Shown here: positions 51,101 to 62,082 of the stretch, in pieces
How positions within the stretch are numbered: the first letter of the stretch is position 1
Layout: each line of letters opens with the position of its first letter
DNA from: Tubulanus polymorphus
Taxonomy: Eukaryota > Animalia > Nemertea
Length of the DNA: 64,000 nucleotides
Direction: 5' to 3'
Assembly (NCBI RefSeq): GCF_964204645.1
Contig: NC_134025.1
Coordinates: 31,538,299-31,602,298, forward strand
Notes under the pieces: model-generated
What the model was told of the DNA's origin: nothing
Database searches by the model: none
The model's input: the letters and a program-made list of their open reading frames with translations, nothing else
Position numbers and translations under genes: made by a program

Positions 51101-54100
51101 TCCCTTCTCGCTAAACCCCCTATCCCTTCTCGCTAAACCCCCCTCTTCCTCCATCCCTTCTCCCTAAACCCCCCTCTTCCTCCCTCCCCCTAAAACAAAA
51201 TCACAAACGATGCCTCGTACACAGATAACAGTTACACTCATAATCACCGATTGTTTATTCTTAGTTACCTGTAATTTCAGTAATTGTTGTTGTTTATTTT
51301 GTAACAGTTGTAATTGTTGTTCGGCAGACGCCATCGCCGATGACAACGACGCTAACGCTACACCGGTCGCCGAGGGAACGGTTGCCGCGAGACCTTCACC
51401 GAAATTTACGGAACTCTGTAAACTGGGGTGAGTTACGTTGGAGAAAATATTGATTCCTAAAAAAACAACAAACATCGAATATAAATAGATCGAATCATGT
51501 GACGGATTGTTTGTTGCTATAGTAACACGTACCGGTATCCATACGTTCCATTCTAGTTCCATCACTCGTAGCGTGACACGTAAAATGTAACGGTTCTACC
51601 TCCAGTAAACCAAACATCTGTTCCGTTATAAACTGCTGTTCTGTATTCTGATTGGCTGCTTTCTGTTTATCAGTGTTAATCAGCGCGAGCAGATCGTTAA
51701 AATCTGTATCGTCGTTGGGTAACGTAGATCCATTCGAGTTACCATGGTTACCGTTATTATTGTTACCGTTGCCGGGTATGTTATTGTTGTTAGAAGCGAC
51801 GATGGATGAGTACGTGTGAGGAGAGTTCGATGATTGAACGATCATCGATTGAGGCGGTTCCGTATCGAACAACTCCGGATCAAACGGAGTTCCGTATAAT
51901 CCATATCTGTTAAATATATATATCAACATTACAGAAATATCTTAATGAAATACTCAGAGTCAGTATTGTGGTGATAATTCAGTATTGCTGATGATGACTA
52001 TTAAGATAAAGTCGAAATAAACTAATATCTGATTGTAACCGTACCTGGATTTAAGTAGGCTATATAACGGTGATATTTTACTGCTGTATTGTTGAGATAA
52101 CTGTGAAAGTAGTTCCACGCATTTGATTCCTACATTGTTGATATCCATACACTTAACGCGATCTAACAGAGTGAAATACCAGTGAAGCGCCCCGGCTGAT
52201 TGAGCCGTTACTATCAGCGGTAAACAGTCTAATAACGCTTCTAACAAGTTCAGATTGAAGTTCGGAGCTAAATCTACGTCGCTGACGTTCTTACAATATC
52301 TGAAAATAAATCAATCATCAAATCAGATTCACTCATAATTATGAAGATGAAATTCTACGGGAGAATTGTGTGGAATTACTGAGATACTTACTCCATGCAG
52401 ATAGCGAACAATCGAGCACATTTATGAGCTATAGTTCGATTACTTTGTAAGAAACAACTTTTAACCAATTCCTTCAAATGTGACAAAACGCTTAAAACCA
52501 AACAACCTTCATTCGCGCTGAAATAAATAATTCATCGATGTTTCATTCAACAGATTTTTACTCTTCACATATTTCGAGATCATGAACCAGTTCCACAGTT
52601 CTGGAACCAGTTCAACAGTTCTGGATCCAGTTCAACAGTTCTGGATCCAGTTCCACAGTTCTGTAACCAGTTCAACAGATCTGGATCCAGTTCCACAGTT
52701 GATGCTTAAGTTTGATTATGGATTAAGAATTAGTTTATTTCCAATGTTCTGAAACTCTAGAATCAAATTTTTACCAGAACTGTGGAACTGGGTTCGAATG
52801 ACCCATTTTCTGTGGATCCTGTGCACGTGAATGTTACCTGAGTTTAGGTTCATTAATTTGAACCGACGTCACCCAGCACAGAATATCTAACGCTAAACTT
52901 TGTTTCTGTTCGATGAAAGTTTTCTCGGAGTCTGTTGAGAATATTGTCGTCACGAGTTGTTCATGGAATGAAGTTTGTGCCACCATCATCGCTCGCTGTA
53001 ACCTGTAAATATTATCAATAATTCATGAGATACTAATTCCTCTCACGTTTGTCGCTGAATTCCTTTCTTGGTTAAAAGTAGTTCTGATTGAACTAAATAA
53101 AGCTAAGGAACAATTATTTGACTATTTCAAACTCATTGAAGATAAAAAATTAATTTCAACTTTAGAGAATTGAATGTTAACAGGATCCGGTTGAATGACC
53201 AGTTTTTTTAAACACCTCAACCCGCTAAGCGCCACGCAAGGCATTATAAGCGGGTTCGATGTTTCTTTTTCCCAAAGAACCATTCAACCAAGAAACTCAG
53301 TCGCTGCCACGGTTTGAACCCATTAACCCTGGATTGAGGAGACCAGTGACCGGCGGTTTAAACCACTCGGCCACTGCACCTCTATAAAGTTGATCATCAG
53401 TTGATTATAACAACAAATCCCTCAGTAAAAACTTATAAATTTCATTCCATCTTCGAACAAATCAAATCATCATGTAATTAATTCGTACCTATCTTTAGGG
53501 ATCGATGTTTTCCGTGATTTTCTAACGGTTATCGATATTTCCGTGATACAATCGCAACCTTTCAGAGAATCGGGACAAACTTTCGGCATCGTAGACGCCA
53601 TCGGCTGACTGGTCGACGATTGACCACCGGTCAAGTGAAACTGGTCGAATAAACTGATTTTCTTCTTCGGTTTATCGGTCGATGAACCGTGTGAAATTTT
53701 CACTTTCTCTTTGACGACTGGTTCCGACTAAAATAGAAACTTATTTCTGAAACAAATGTTCTATCAGATTGACTAGAGTCGAACTGGTGCTGAATTCTAA
53801 TCCAAATGATGAGTTACTTACTAAAAAAAATAGAATTACAAAATACAAATTTGAGACTCAAAAATACATGACTACAGACTTCAGTTGTGACGACTGATTT
53901 GATGATAACTTCTCAAATTACGACATAAAAAAGTTTGACAGTAAAATCATGATGTAGCACATTATTACATTACATATGTTTGTAATCTATCATTTCTATT
54001 CACATTATCTACATCGGAATTAATTATGATGAGAGTTCCCCATTTGTTAATGATAATGAATGATATCAGATATATAGAAAATTTAAAAACAAGAATTTAT

Positions 54101-57100
54101 TTCTTAAATCTAAAATATATAGAATACACGTCAGGTGGGCACATGTGAGTCCCCCATTTGTTAATGAAAATGAATGATATTAGATACCGAGTATATAGAA
54201 TTTTTACCTGCGCGCTGTTTTTAGCTTTCATCTCTTCGTCCGTAAGTAAAGCCTTGATGTGAATCAGGAAAGATTTCGTTTTAACTTTCATTAAAGCTGA
54301 ACTGGTTAAAGTGATTAACCCTCCGCTAGCCGATAGGTCGATATAGTTACCCATCTCGACCGGTCCGCACAGAATCTCCGCGTTGTGTTTCTGTAAGAAT
54401 TCCGTGTCCCACACCGGATTGTGACGCTGCACTTTCTTCTTTCCGTTGGTATGGTTACCGTTGAGTTTGCGCTGCTCGTCCGTCGCGCCGGTTTCCGCGG
54501 CGATATCGGATGAATTGTTGAATCGAGGATTCTGGTCCGATTGACGACCGATGTTCGTGATGTTTTGTTTAAGAAGAGTGACTTGTATTTTGGATGCGTT
54601 GAGAACCATCGGATGAAGCGTGAATCTGATATCGATGTGACCTACGCACGTAGGACGAGGTAAAACTAATTCAATCAGATGTTCGTCCCAACTTGTACTG
54701 TAAATATATCAATGAACATCAAATTAGGATTTGATGAAGCAAAATTAAATTCAGTTTCTTCATTAAATCAGTAAAGGGATCATTCATTTATTACGTACGC
54801 ATAAAATTTAACTATTCCAACCCCCTCCCCCTCTGTACGCAGAATGGGCCATTTTTTCATATACATTAAGCATTACAGTACGCAATTGCACTGACCGCCT
54901 CCCCCCTCCCCCTAATTGCTACGTTATAAATGAATGATCCCAATGAATATTGAGAATGTACCTATCAGTTTGTAATCTCCACGTTCTCGTATGTTGTGTT
55001 GCTTCTCCTTGTTGTTGTAAATGTTGTGGATGTCTACGTTGTTGTTGTTCTTGTTGTATCTCGCTCCAGCACTGCGGAAGAGTCGCCGAGAACCGAGGCA
55101 GTAGATTCTCGTATAGAGTCAGCTCGTGAAGCTGTGATAGCGTTTCTATAGTGATCGGCTGTTTTACCAACAATGAATCTATCAAATACAACATCATATC
55201 ATTATCAAACGTTGTCCGAGATATTATCTGAACAGTGATAGTTTGAAAGGGGGATATTTTGGAAGTGATAGTTTAACAGTGACAATTTAAGGGTGATATC
55301 TTAAGAATGATATTTAGTGAGATTGATACTTACTGGATATACTGATATCCTCTTGTAATGAATCATGTACAGTATCAGTTGATATAACTGATGGTATTGT
55401 TCCGGTGATGCTGTTTAGTTTAACCGGTGAACCACTCACGTTGTGTTCACACGTTACGCAACTTTCATCTCCTTTTACCGTTAACTGATAGAAATATAGA
55501 CTCCCAGTTTCTGTACATGTACATAACCTATCCATACCTACAATACAAACATGTACATGGAGTGCAATATCTCAATAGACCTCGCATGACCACAGTTCAA
55601 CAGTTGTGAACCGAGTTCATTCATCAAGAAATAAATTGATTTCAACTAACTCATTAATCACAGTTACTGTGGAACTGGATACTGAGGTAAGAGTTAACTC
55701 TAACTCACAACTGTGGAACTGGATACTGAGGTAAGAGTTAACTCTAACTCACAACTGTGTAACTGGATACTGAGATAAGAATTAACTCTAACTCACAACT
55801 GTGGGACTGGATACTGAGGAAAGAGTTAACTCTAAACTCACAACTGTGGAACTGGATACTGAGGTAAGAGTTAACTCTAACTCACAACTGTAGAACTGGA
55901 TACTGAGGTAAGAGTTAACTCTAACTCACAACTGTGGAACTGGATACTGAGGTAAGAGTTAACTCTAACTCACAACTGTGGAACTGGATCCTGAGTTCAC
56001 AGTTAACTCTAACTCACAACTGCACAACTGGATCCTGAGTTCAGAGTTAATTCTTTTCTCAGAACTGCAAAACTTGGTCCAGGATTCTTCAAGAGTTTGA
56101 TGATCTTTTTATGCTATTAAAACTCAAGCTGGTCCAGCAGCAGCAGTTTAGATACGTAACAGTTTATGACTTCAGTAGCTGATAAGGGGTCAGAATCAAT
56201 AAATATTCAAACAGACAGTGAGTCATTGATTGGAAACAAATTTCTAGGACTTCATCGAGGAATCATACATGAATGTTGAATGAGTTGAAGGTCGTGTGGA
56301 GGTAGGTTAACACTACTTACCGGTACAGAACGTTGCAGATTTGAAACGTTCATTCTGTTCCGTGCGATCGATTTCAACGATTAATTTAAACGAATCCAAT
56401 CTATGAATGTTCAGTTTGCCGGAGTTTGTTATAGTAACAATGATTCCTAATATCTCATCACTGTTCGGATTAGACAATGAGTTTAACTGACTCTCCTCTT
56501 CCTCCGGGGTCGTTAACGCATCCAACGGCAACAACAACAATGATTTAATAGCGTCGTGGTAACAGTCGATAGTAAACGTACGAACTGGTTGCGGGCAGAC
56601 GGACACGACATCCGAATCAAACGACAATCGATAAACCAATAGAAATCCACCGCTATCACCGGCGGCAGCAGCAGCGCCACCTATATCACTATCATCAGAC
56701 AGACGCACTCGTTTATAACCACCACCATTATGAGCATCTTCACGATTACGCGCAGCTGCAGCTGAATCCGCCCCCGATGCAGATGCAGTTTCAGTATCTG
56801 ATGACCCAACTGCTGTATCTGGACCAGTTGTTGCAGCTGACGTATCTACACCTGCTGACGTTGAAGCAGTAGCTGATATATCGGTAGCTGCAGCTGATAT
56901 ATCAGTAGCTGTCGATGTTGAAGCGATATTCTCATATTCACTGATAACACGAGGTGATAAAACTACTATTATATGTTTCTTATCTAAACTCAAAGAGATT
57001 GAATTAATAATTAAATCATCTTGTCGACATATTTCAGGCATCTCCATACATTGAACGGTTGTATTGAGTTGAGTAGCTGATGAACTGCAGCTGTTAGTGC

Positions 57101-60100
57101 TGGTACTACTAGGATTGATCTGCTGGTGCTGTTTGATGTGTTTTTGCGGAGGTGTTGTAGATGTTTTCTCCTCTGGGAACACATCGACTCCGTTTATATC
57201 ACAATCCGAATCGTAATCTAACTCAACCATATGAATTATATCCGAGATTAGATTCTTACTCTGCTCGATTTTAGTCGAAGTTGTGGATGTTTTTTGAATA
57301 TCGGTTTCCTTCGTACGTTTTAAAGCCGTTATATTATGTACTAATAGATAGGGTAGAAACGAAGCCGTCTGCTGCGACGTCTCGTAATCCGTTACTTGGA
57401 CTTTATTCGACGAAATGATTTCTAATTCGGTGCTCAAAGCTTCGTTCACTTTATTCATCAATTGAACGTCTTTACTCTCGTCAGAATTTACCGAACGTTT
57501 GATGTTGACTCCGCTGATTAGAGCGGGGTTACACGTACTATTACTAGCTATAAGACTCTGAGACGAAGGAGTACCGGCGATACAGAGTGACGTCACTTGA
57601 ATATCACGAGAAGGTCTACAACGTTTGTGTTCTGAAATATCACAAATTTTATCTCATAATTTATACAGTATTTTGCCGAGTCTATCAGCTATTTAATAAT
57701 GGACAAATACCACGGTAAAAATATAATTTCAATCGACCTGTTTTACTTTAACTAATGTTTGATAAACTGCAGGGCTGGGTTTCATAAATGTGGAAGAAAA
57801 ATAGTCCCTGGGAACATTTTGAAAATTTATCAGTTATAACCACGGTTTTTCATTGTAACTATGGTGGTTGTCACCCAAATTGAGGATTTACCCCAGCGCG
57901 ATGAACTTACTTTTTGTAGGATCTTCAGAAGAATGAAGCGGAATTTCTAAAACTTCAATAGATTCAGAAACAATATCTTCATCGACCGTCAAATCGCTGC
58001 TTGTTGTTTTACTAAAAAACAATTCAGAAATAAATAAAATCAATTATTCATTTGTCGGGTTCCTCCGGGTTCAGTTTCACGTTAAACTAAGAACTGCGGA
58101 TTAATCTCAGAGAGATACTAACCGTTGTTCCTGAGAGGTCCACGCCGATTTCAGCGGTTTTTTCATGTAAGTATCGTCGTAAACAGTGCCCCCTGGTGAC
58201 GAACCAGTTTTAACCGCTATCGGTGAATCATACGGATCGATATTAAACACTGCATGTTTCTGAAAAACAAACCATCAAAAAAATTCATCGTAACATCTCT
58301 TTAGATTAGAAAGCTTTTCATTAAGGGTAGCTTGGAATGTTCATTTTTGGCAGTGGTTCATTTCTGACCTCCATCTCATCATGATTGGGCAAACCCTCGA
58401 GTTATTGTTTTATGAATAACTTACTTTCAACTGTTTGCTGACGTCCCAAACAACGACATTTCCGTATAAAGTTGAAGTAGCGATGAAATCATCACAGGAA
58501 CTCGTGCTTATACACTCAATCTGTCAGAATAAATTTGTATCAGGAGTCATCTTAATTATCTCATTTTCAATATCTCAACAAATGGAATCCAGGGGCCAAT
58601 TGCATAGTCACGGCTTAGATTTAAGACTGGTCTAAGACCAACTAAGTTCTATACTCGATCTAACAACTTAAGATCAGTCTTAAGATTTAAGACCACTTTT
58701 GGACTTAAGTCACGACTGCGCAACTGGGCCCTGGAAACTGTTTATAGACTTACTTTATCAGTTTTTTTGCCGTGTAACATTGCTGGTTCGGTAGCGTAGG
58801 TAACCGATAGAGGAACGTTCTGAGTGTATTCACCCTTAACGAACGGACAGATTGGAGAATGTCTCTCGTGTTCGGACCAAGGTTCATCGGTCGGCTCCCA
58901 ACATACTAAACATACGCTACACGTAAAACACATAGCTCGATCGTCACCGGTTCCGTTCGGCTGGTGATAGAATCCGGCTTGTCCCATCGGTTCAGGTAAA
59001 GCCCATCTGTAATCATACAATCACAGTTTTAATTTGATTGATCAGTGCACAGTCACTGTCTGTACAGCAGAGACAGCACCGTGCTAATGGAAGGAGACTC
59101 CCCTCTGACCCCCAAAATTAGACCAATGGAATTTTCTCTCTGCCCCCCCCCCCACACAAAGGAATTTTCAAAAATCTTATGAATTGGAAACAAATATGAT
59201 TTTTTACTATTACTCAGTTCCCCCTCAGTTTGGTCTCAATACTTTTATCATTTTCACGCATTCTATTTCATCATTCATTGATTACGTTGACAAAACTAGA
59301 ATTCAACTTTAACAACAAAGAATTAGAGATAATCATCGATAATCTCTCAAAAATACATCATCAGAAAAACCAGCGATTGAAGATCTTAAAATGACATCTT
59401 TATCTTAAAACTTTCACATTTAGTTTAATGTAGTTTATTTTTACGATGTTTGGAGGAGAGACAGAATTCAGCAGGATACGACTTACTTGTAAGACATGTG
59501 AGGCCATTTAGAGAATGTATCAGCTCGAGCAGCCTCTGAATACATGAGAGTTCTATCGACAGGAGTCGTTACTCCTCCGTCCGTTAAATCAGGTCTCGTA
59601 CCCGGTAACAAATACGTTAATCTATCATAGATCGCCGCGGCAACCGGTAAATCGGGAGTATGAACGGGCATATTGTTTAATTCCATCATTAATATGTTAA
59701 AAACATTCTTCATCGTAGAGTGAGGCATCTGAAGGGTGACGGTCGCCCACTGGAAGTAGCAATAAATTACTGGTTAATTAATGATCCTCACGAGGCATCG
59801 GGATCCAGTTCCACAGTTGTGAGTTAGTGTTAACTTTGAGTTAAAGTTAGTTCAATTTCGATGAGTTAAATCTAAACTCACAACTGTGAAACTGGACCCT
59901 GAAATTAGACCCTCTATTGTTATATTTTACCTTCGCCAGTTTATGGCTGCCTTTTGTTGCTTGTTGTACATTTTCGATTTGTTTTTCTAATTCTCTAATG
60001 ACATCCTCAACGTGATCAACTCCAGGAAGATCATTACTCATCAGACCTTTAAACAGGTGACTAGCCTAGAAATACAACATTCAGACCATTAAACTGGTGA

Positions 60101-61439
60101 CTAGCCTAGAAATACAACATTCAGACCATTAAACTGGTGACTAGCCTAGAAATACAACATTCAGACCTTTAAACAGGCGACTAGCCTAGAAATACAACAT
60201 TCAGACATCCTTCAGTGATATCAGCACCAGTCACTGCGTTTTACATCACCTAGTGGTATTTTTTAGCATTAATGGATTTAGTTTCATAGTTCTAGGGAAA
60301 TCTGACCAGTCAAGTGGAATTGAGTCCAGTTCCAATAACTGTGGAACTGAGTCCAGAAATGTGGACCAGTGTTCTGAACTGTGGAACTTGTCCAGTAATT
60401 GTGGAAATGGGTCGTGAATTATGAGTTATGAACAGTGGAACTGGGTTCTAGGGTTTTAAGTTTAAGTAACTTACATCTTGAAGCGGTAATTCCAATTTAA
60501 CAATGTCATCTGATTTTCTGACAGGTGTTTGTAAGGCAGTATCTAACAGTATGATACCATTTAAATCTTTACGAACTCCAATTGATTTCCCATCACTAAC
60601 TAATAGTTTATCTCTTCCACTCAGGTATAAACATTTCACTGCTTCATTTTGACAAGCTACAAAAAAATAAATACATGACAATGTTTTGTTTAAAACAGAT
60701 TTGTAAGAGACCTGAGTGAGCCAGGCCGGAGCAGGTGAGACCGGAGCCGGTGAGACCGGGCAGGTGAGGCCGGAGCCGGTGAGGCCGGGCAGGAGAGACC
60801 TGAGTGAGCCAGGCTGGAGCAGGCGACACCGGAGCCGGTGAGACCGGAGCCGGTGAGGCCAGCCAGGGTTTCTTATTCATTGGAACTTGAACTCTAGGTC
60901 TTAGAGACACAATTAACTAATAGGACAAGTGGTAGTAGTCTAGGCCCGGCATTAGACAACCTGCTGCGACTGATGAATTGTCTCTTGATACAAGGGAAAG
61001 GGCCGGTTTAGAGCCTTAGCCTAGCTAGTGGATAGTTTTACTTGACGCAGTAGTAGCCTAGTGACAATTAAATGGGACATTCTTTGTTACTATGGTATTT
61101 ATCCGCTGGTTTCCTTTAACCGACTTTACAGCAACTGATTCCAGTTAGTTAGTGAGACTGAGAGGAGGATGAGAGAGGGATGGTGAGGGGGAGGGGGAGG
61201 GGGGAAGGCCCACGACGACGTACAGTACCTGTGAGTTGTGATTTTTGAAGTATACATCCCGAAGTGACGTCTAATACAATCACTCCTGATTGTTCAGTTA
61301 TAACTAATATAATGTTTAATGATGAATGATAAATAACACTGAGTATTGATTCTCCTATAGATATAAATCCATCCTCGTTAACGAGCCACTGGTCGGCTCC
61401 GGGAGGATCAGGAGGAGGAACTGATGAACATCCAGCCAT
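27920..61439 (-). CDS. BIRC6: Baculoviral IAP repeat-containing protein 6 (BRUCE/Apollon), giant E2/E3 ubiquitin ligase; multi-exon gene, about 54 coding exons
   Basis: Consecutive minus-strand ORF segments bounded by GT-AG sites; phases match where checked (exons 61229-61439, 60475-60656, 59931-60065, 59487-59749, 58754-59006 ... 28637-28771, 27920-28399). Recognisable BIRC6 motifs: BIR domain ([15 protein letters not shown]...[44 protein letters not shown]), [72 protein letters not shown], and a C-terminal UBC domain. Confidence 0.97.
28637..32588 (-). CDS. BIRC6: BIRC6 UBC (E2) domain exons: 32374-32588, 31056-31217, 30891-30968, 29402-29590, 28637-28771
   Basis: Spliced peptide [32 protein letters not shown]|[27 protein letters not shown]|[18 protein letters not shown]..|[27 protein letters not shown]; the catalytic Cys lies in 30891-30968. 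Confidence 0.97.
28840..29385. repeat. Intronic GA-rich low-complexity tract
   Basis: (GAGAGG)n-type purine tract inside the BIRC6 intron 28772-29401. Confidence 0.92.
29606..30835. repeat. Intronic 92-bp tandem repeat, about 13 copies, containing a TA-CAGTAGACTC (Tc1/pogo-like) end
   Basis: CAGTAGACTC at 29632, 29724 and onward; fills almost the whole intron 29591-30890. Confidence 0.92.
31171..31825. repeat. 65-bp tandem repeat made of the UBC exon 5' end plus its splice acceptor (10 copies)
   Basis: Unit AAACATCCGTTAGCGTACGGTGTATCAGACGGTCCCGTTATCAATACCTAGAAATATGAAATATA; the first copy is the real exon. Confidence 0.95.
32105..32262 (+). mobile_element. tRNA-derived SINE-like head followed by TTAGGG-type repeats
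   Basis: A-box TGGTCTAGTGG 32113-23, B-box GGTTCAAATCC 32156-66, then GCTAGGGTTAGGGTT three to four times. Confidence 0.65.
36665..37345. repeat. Intronic 39-bp minisatellite, about 17 copies
   Basis: Unit CCTCAGTGGAACTGTTTATCCTGTGGTATCTCCCCTCCC; explains the 13-aa-periodic ORFs. Confidence 0.95.
41345..41585. repeat. Intronic 20-bp minisatellite
   Basis: Unit GTGGAACTGAGTCCAGAACT, about 12 copies. Confidence 0.92.
42011..42714 (-). CDS. BIRC6: BIRC6 internal exon
   Basis: [18 protein letters not shown]...[13 protein letters not shown]...LSEPFLWIL motifs; GT-AG boundaries. Confidence 0.9.
45772..45888. mobile_element. PIF/Harbinger-like MITE
   Basis: TIRs GGGGCCAATTAGTCAAAAAGGTTGG ... CCAACTTTTGAGCAACTGGCCCC. 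Confidence 0.6.
46872..47892. repeat. Intronic 19-bp minisatellite, about 53 copies
   Basis: Unit AACTTCAGGATCCA(G/A)TCT(A/T); CTTCAGG at 46873, 46892, 46911 and onward. Confidence 0.95.
48184..48962 (-). CDS. BIRC6: BIRC6 internal exon
   Basis: [29 protein letters not shown] ... [16 protein letters not shown]; GT-AG boundaries. Confidence 0.92.
53205..53380 (-). mobile_element. tRNA-derived SINE
   Basis: Minus-strand A-box TGGCCGAGTGG (53373-63) and B-box GGTTCAAACC (53320-11), followed by a non-tRNA body with a terminal hairpin. Confidence 0.65.
54776..54941. mobile_element. PIF/Harbinger-like MITE
   Basis: TIRs GGGATCATTCATTTATTACGTA ... TACGTTATAAATGAATGATCCC. Confidence 0.75.
55665..56045. 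repeat. Intronic 44-bp tandem repeat derived from a MITE end
   Basis: Unit AACTGTGGAACTGGATACTGAGGTAAGAGTTAACTCTAACTCAC, about 8 copies. Confidence 0.92.
56321..57631 (-). CDS. BIRC6: BIRC6 large internal exon with Ala/Thr/Ser-rich insertion
   Basis: 427-aa open frame bounded by tttcAG and G|GTAAGT; ends ...SATFCTG and continues as [11 protein letters not shown] in the next exon. Confidence 0.88.
58593..58730. mobile_element. PIF/Harbinger-like MITE with CWG flanks
   Basis: CAG|GGGCCAATTGCATAGTCACG ... CACGACTGCGCAACTGGGCC|CTG; internally palindromic. Confidence 0.7.
58754..59749 (-). CDS. BIRC6: BIRC6 BIR-domain exons (59487-59749 and 58754-59006)
   Basis: C-x2-C...H...C zinc-binding BIR signature (CFTC...HERHSPIC), split by a phase-2 GT-AG intron. 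Confidence 0.96.
59801..59899. mobile_element. ~100-bp MITE with ~25-bp TIR (abundant family in this window)
   Basis: GGATCCAGTTCCACAGTTGTGAGTT ... AACTCACAACTGTGAAACTGGACCC; related ends at about 39850, 39965, 47944, 52685 and 55700. Confidence 0.75.
60045..60206. repeat. 40-bp tandem repeat spanning the BIRC6 exon-3 acceptor (4 copies)
   Basis: CTAGCCTAGAAATACAACATTCAGAC at 60061, 60101, 60141 and 60181. Confidence 0.92.
60705..60865. repeat. Intronic GC-rich ~15-bp degenerate repeat
   Basis: GAGACCGGAGCCGGT / GAGGCCGGGCAGG units in BIRC6 intron 1. Confidence 0.8.
61229..61439 (-). CDS. BIRC6: BIRC6 first coding exon (start of N-terminal beta-propeller)
   Basis: ATG in AAAAGATGG context; peptide ...[36 protein letters not shown] matches the BIRC6 N-terminus; donor CAG|GTACTG. 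Confidence 0.9.
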
Positions 61440-62082
61440 CTTTTACATTCATTACTATAACACTACACTATTCGGTGATTGTACACGACGGGTTTAGACG
61501 CCTTAGCTAGGGTTAGGGTTAATGTCAGGCGTCTCTCAGACCACAACGGGTCATACAAACAAACCCGTGTACTGAAACGAGGTTAGGCGCGTTTGAAAGA
61601 TGGAAGCTATTAAAACTCCTAATTTGATAGGACTTCAAAGCAGATTTCCGAATTGATTCAATAAATAACTGTATTCTTTGATAATGAATTCAAGATCATA
61701 ACTTTAGAGTAGATTTTAAGGTTTGTTGTATCGACACTTCATAAAAGACATCATTAAAGAGTTTCTATTTTTAAAGGATCGCCGATGAGCAGTTTGATTA
61801 TGCCATAATTACGGTCCATAATCTCTCACGGTATAATCTCATATACTGCAGAATACCAATTGATTTCGTATTCCTTAAATCTCATTGAAATCATGTATAT
61901 TTTCAGGTTCTGAATAAAATCGCTAATTCTGTCTTTTAGATGGTTTTCATGATTAAGAATTTGTCACTGATAAAAACGAATCTAAAAATAGGTGGCGCCG
62001 TTAACCCGGAAATGATTGTGTATTGAATTGAATTTATTCCCTTAAATATTTCAATAAATATCTCAATTGGAGCCTTTAAAAG
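61440..62082. promoter_or_regulatory. Head-to-head (bidirectional) promoter and 5'UTR region of BIRC6 and TBCB
   Basis: Divergent ATGs separated by 643 bp; ETS-like CCGGAAAT near 62007 and GGCGCGTTTGAAA (CDE/CHR-like) near 61586. Confidence 0.65.

Noticed and set aside
60644-60910. Pro-rich ORF (SPAPVSPAP)
   Set aside because: GC-rich 15-bp repeat in BIRC6 intron 1; exons 1 and 2 already join in frame without it.
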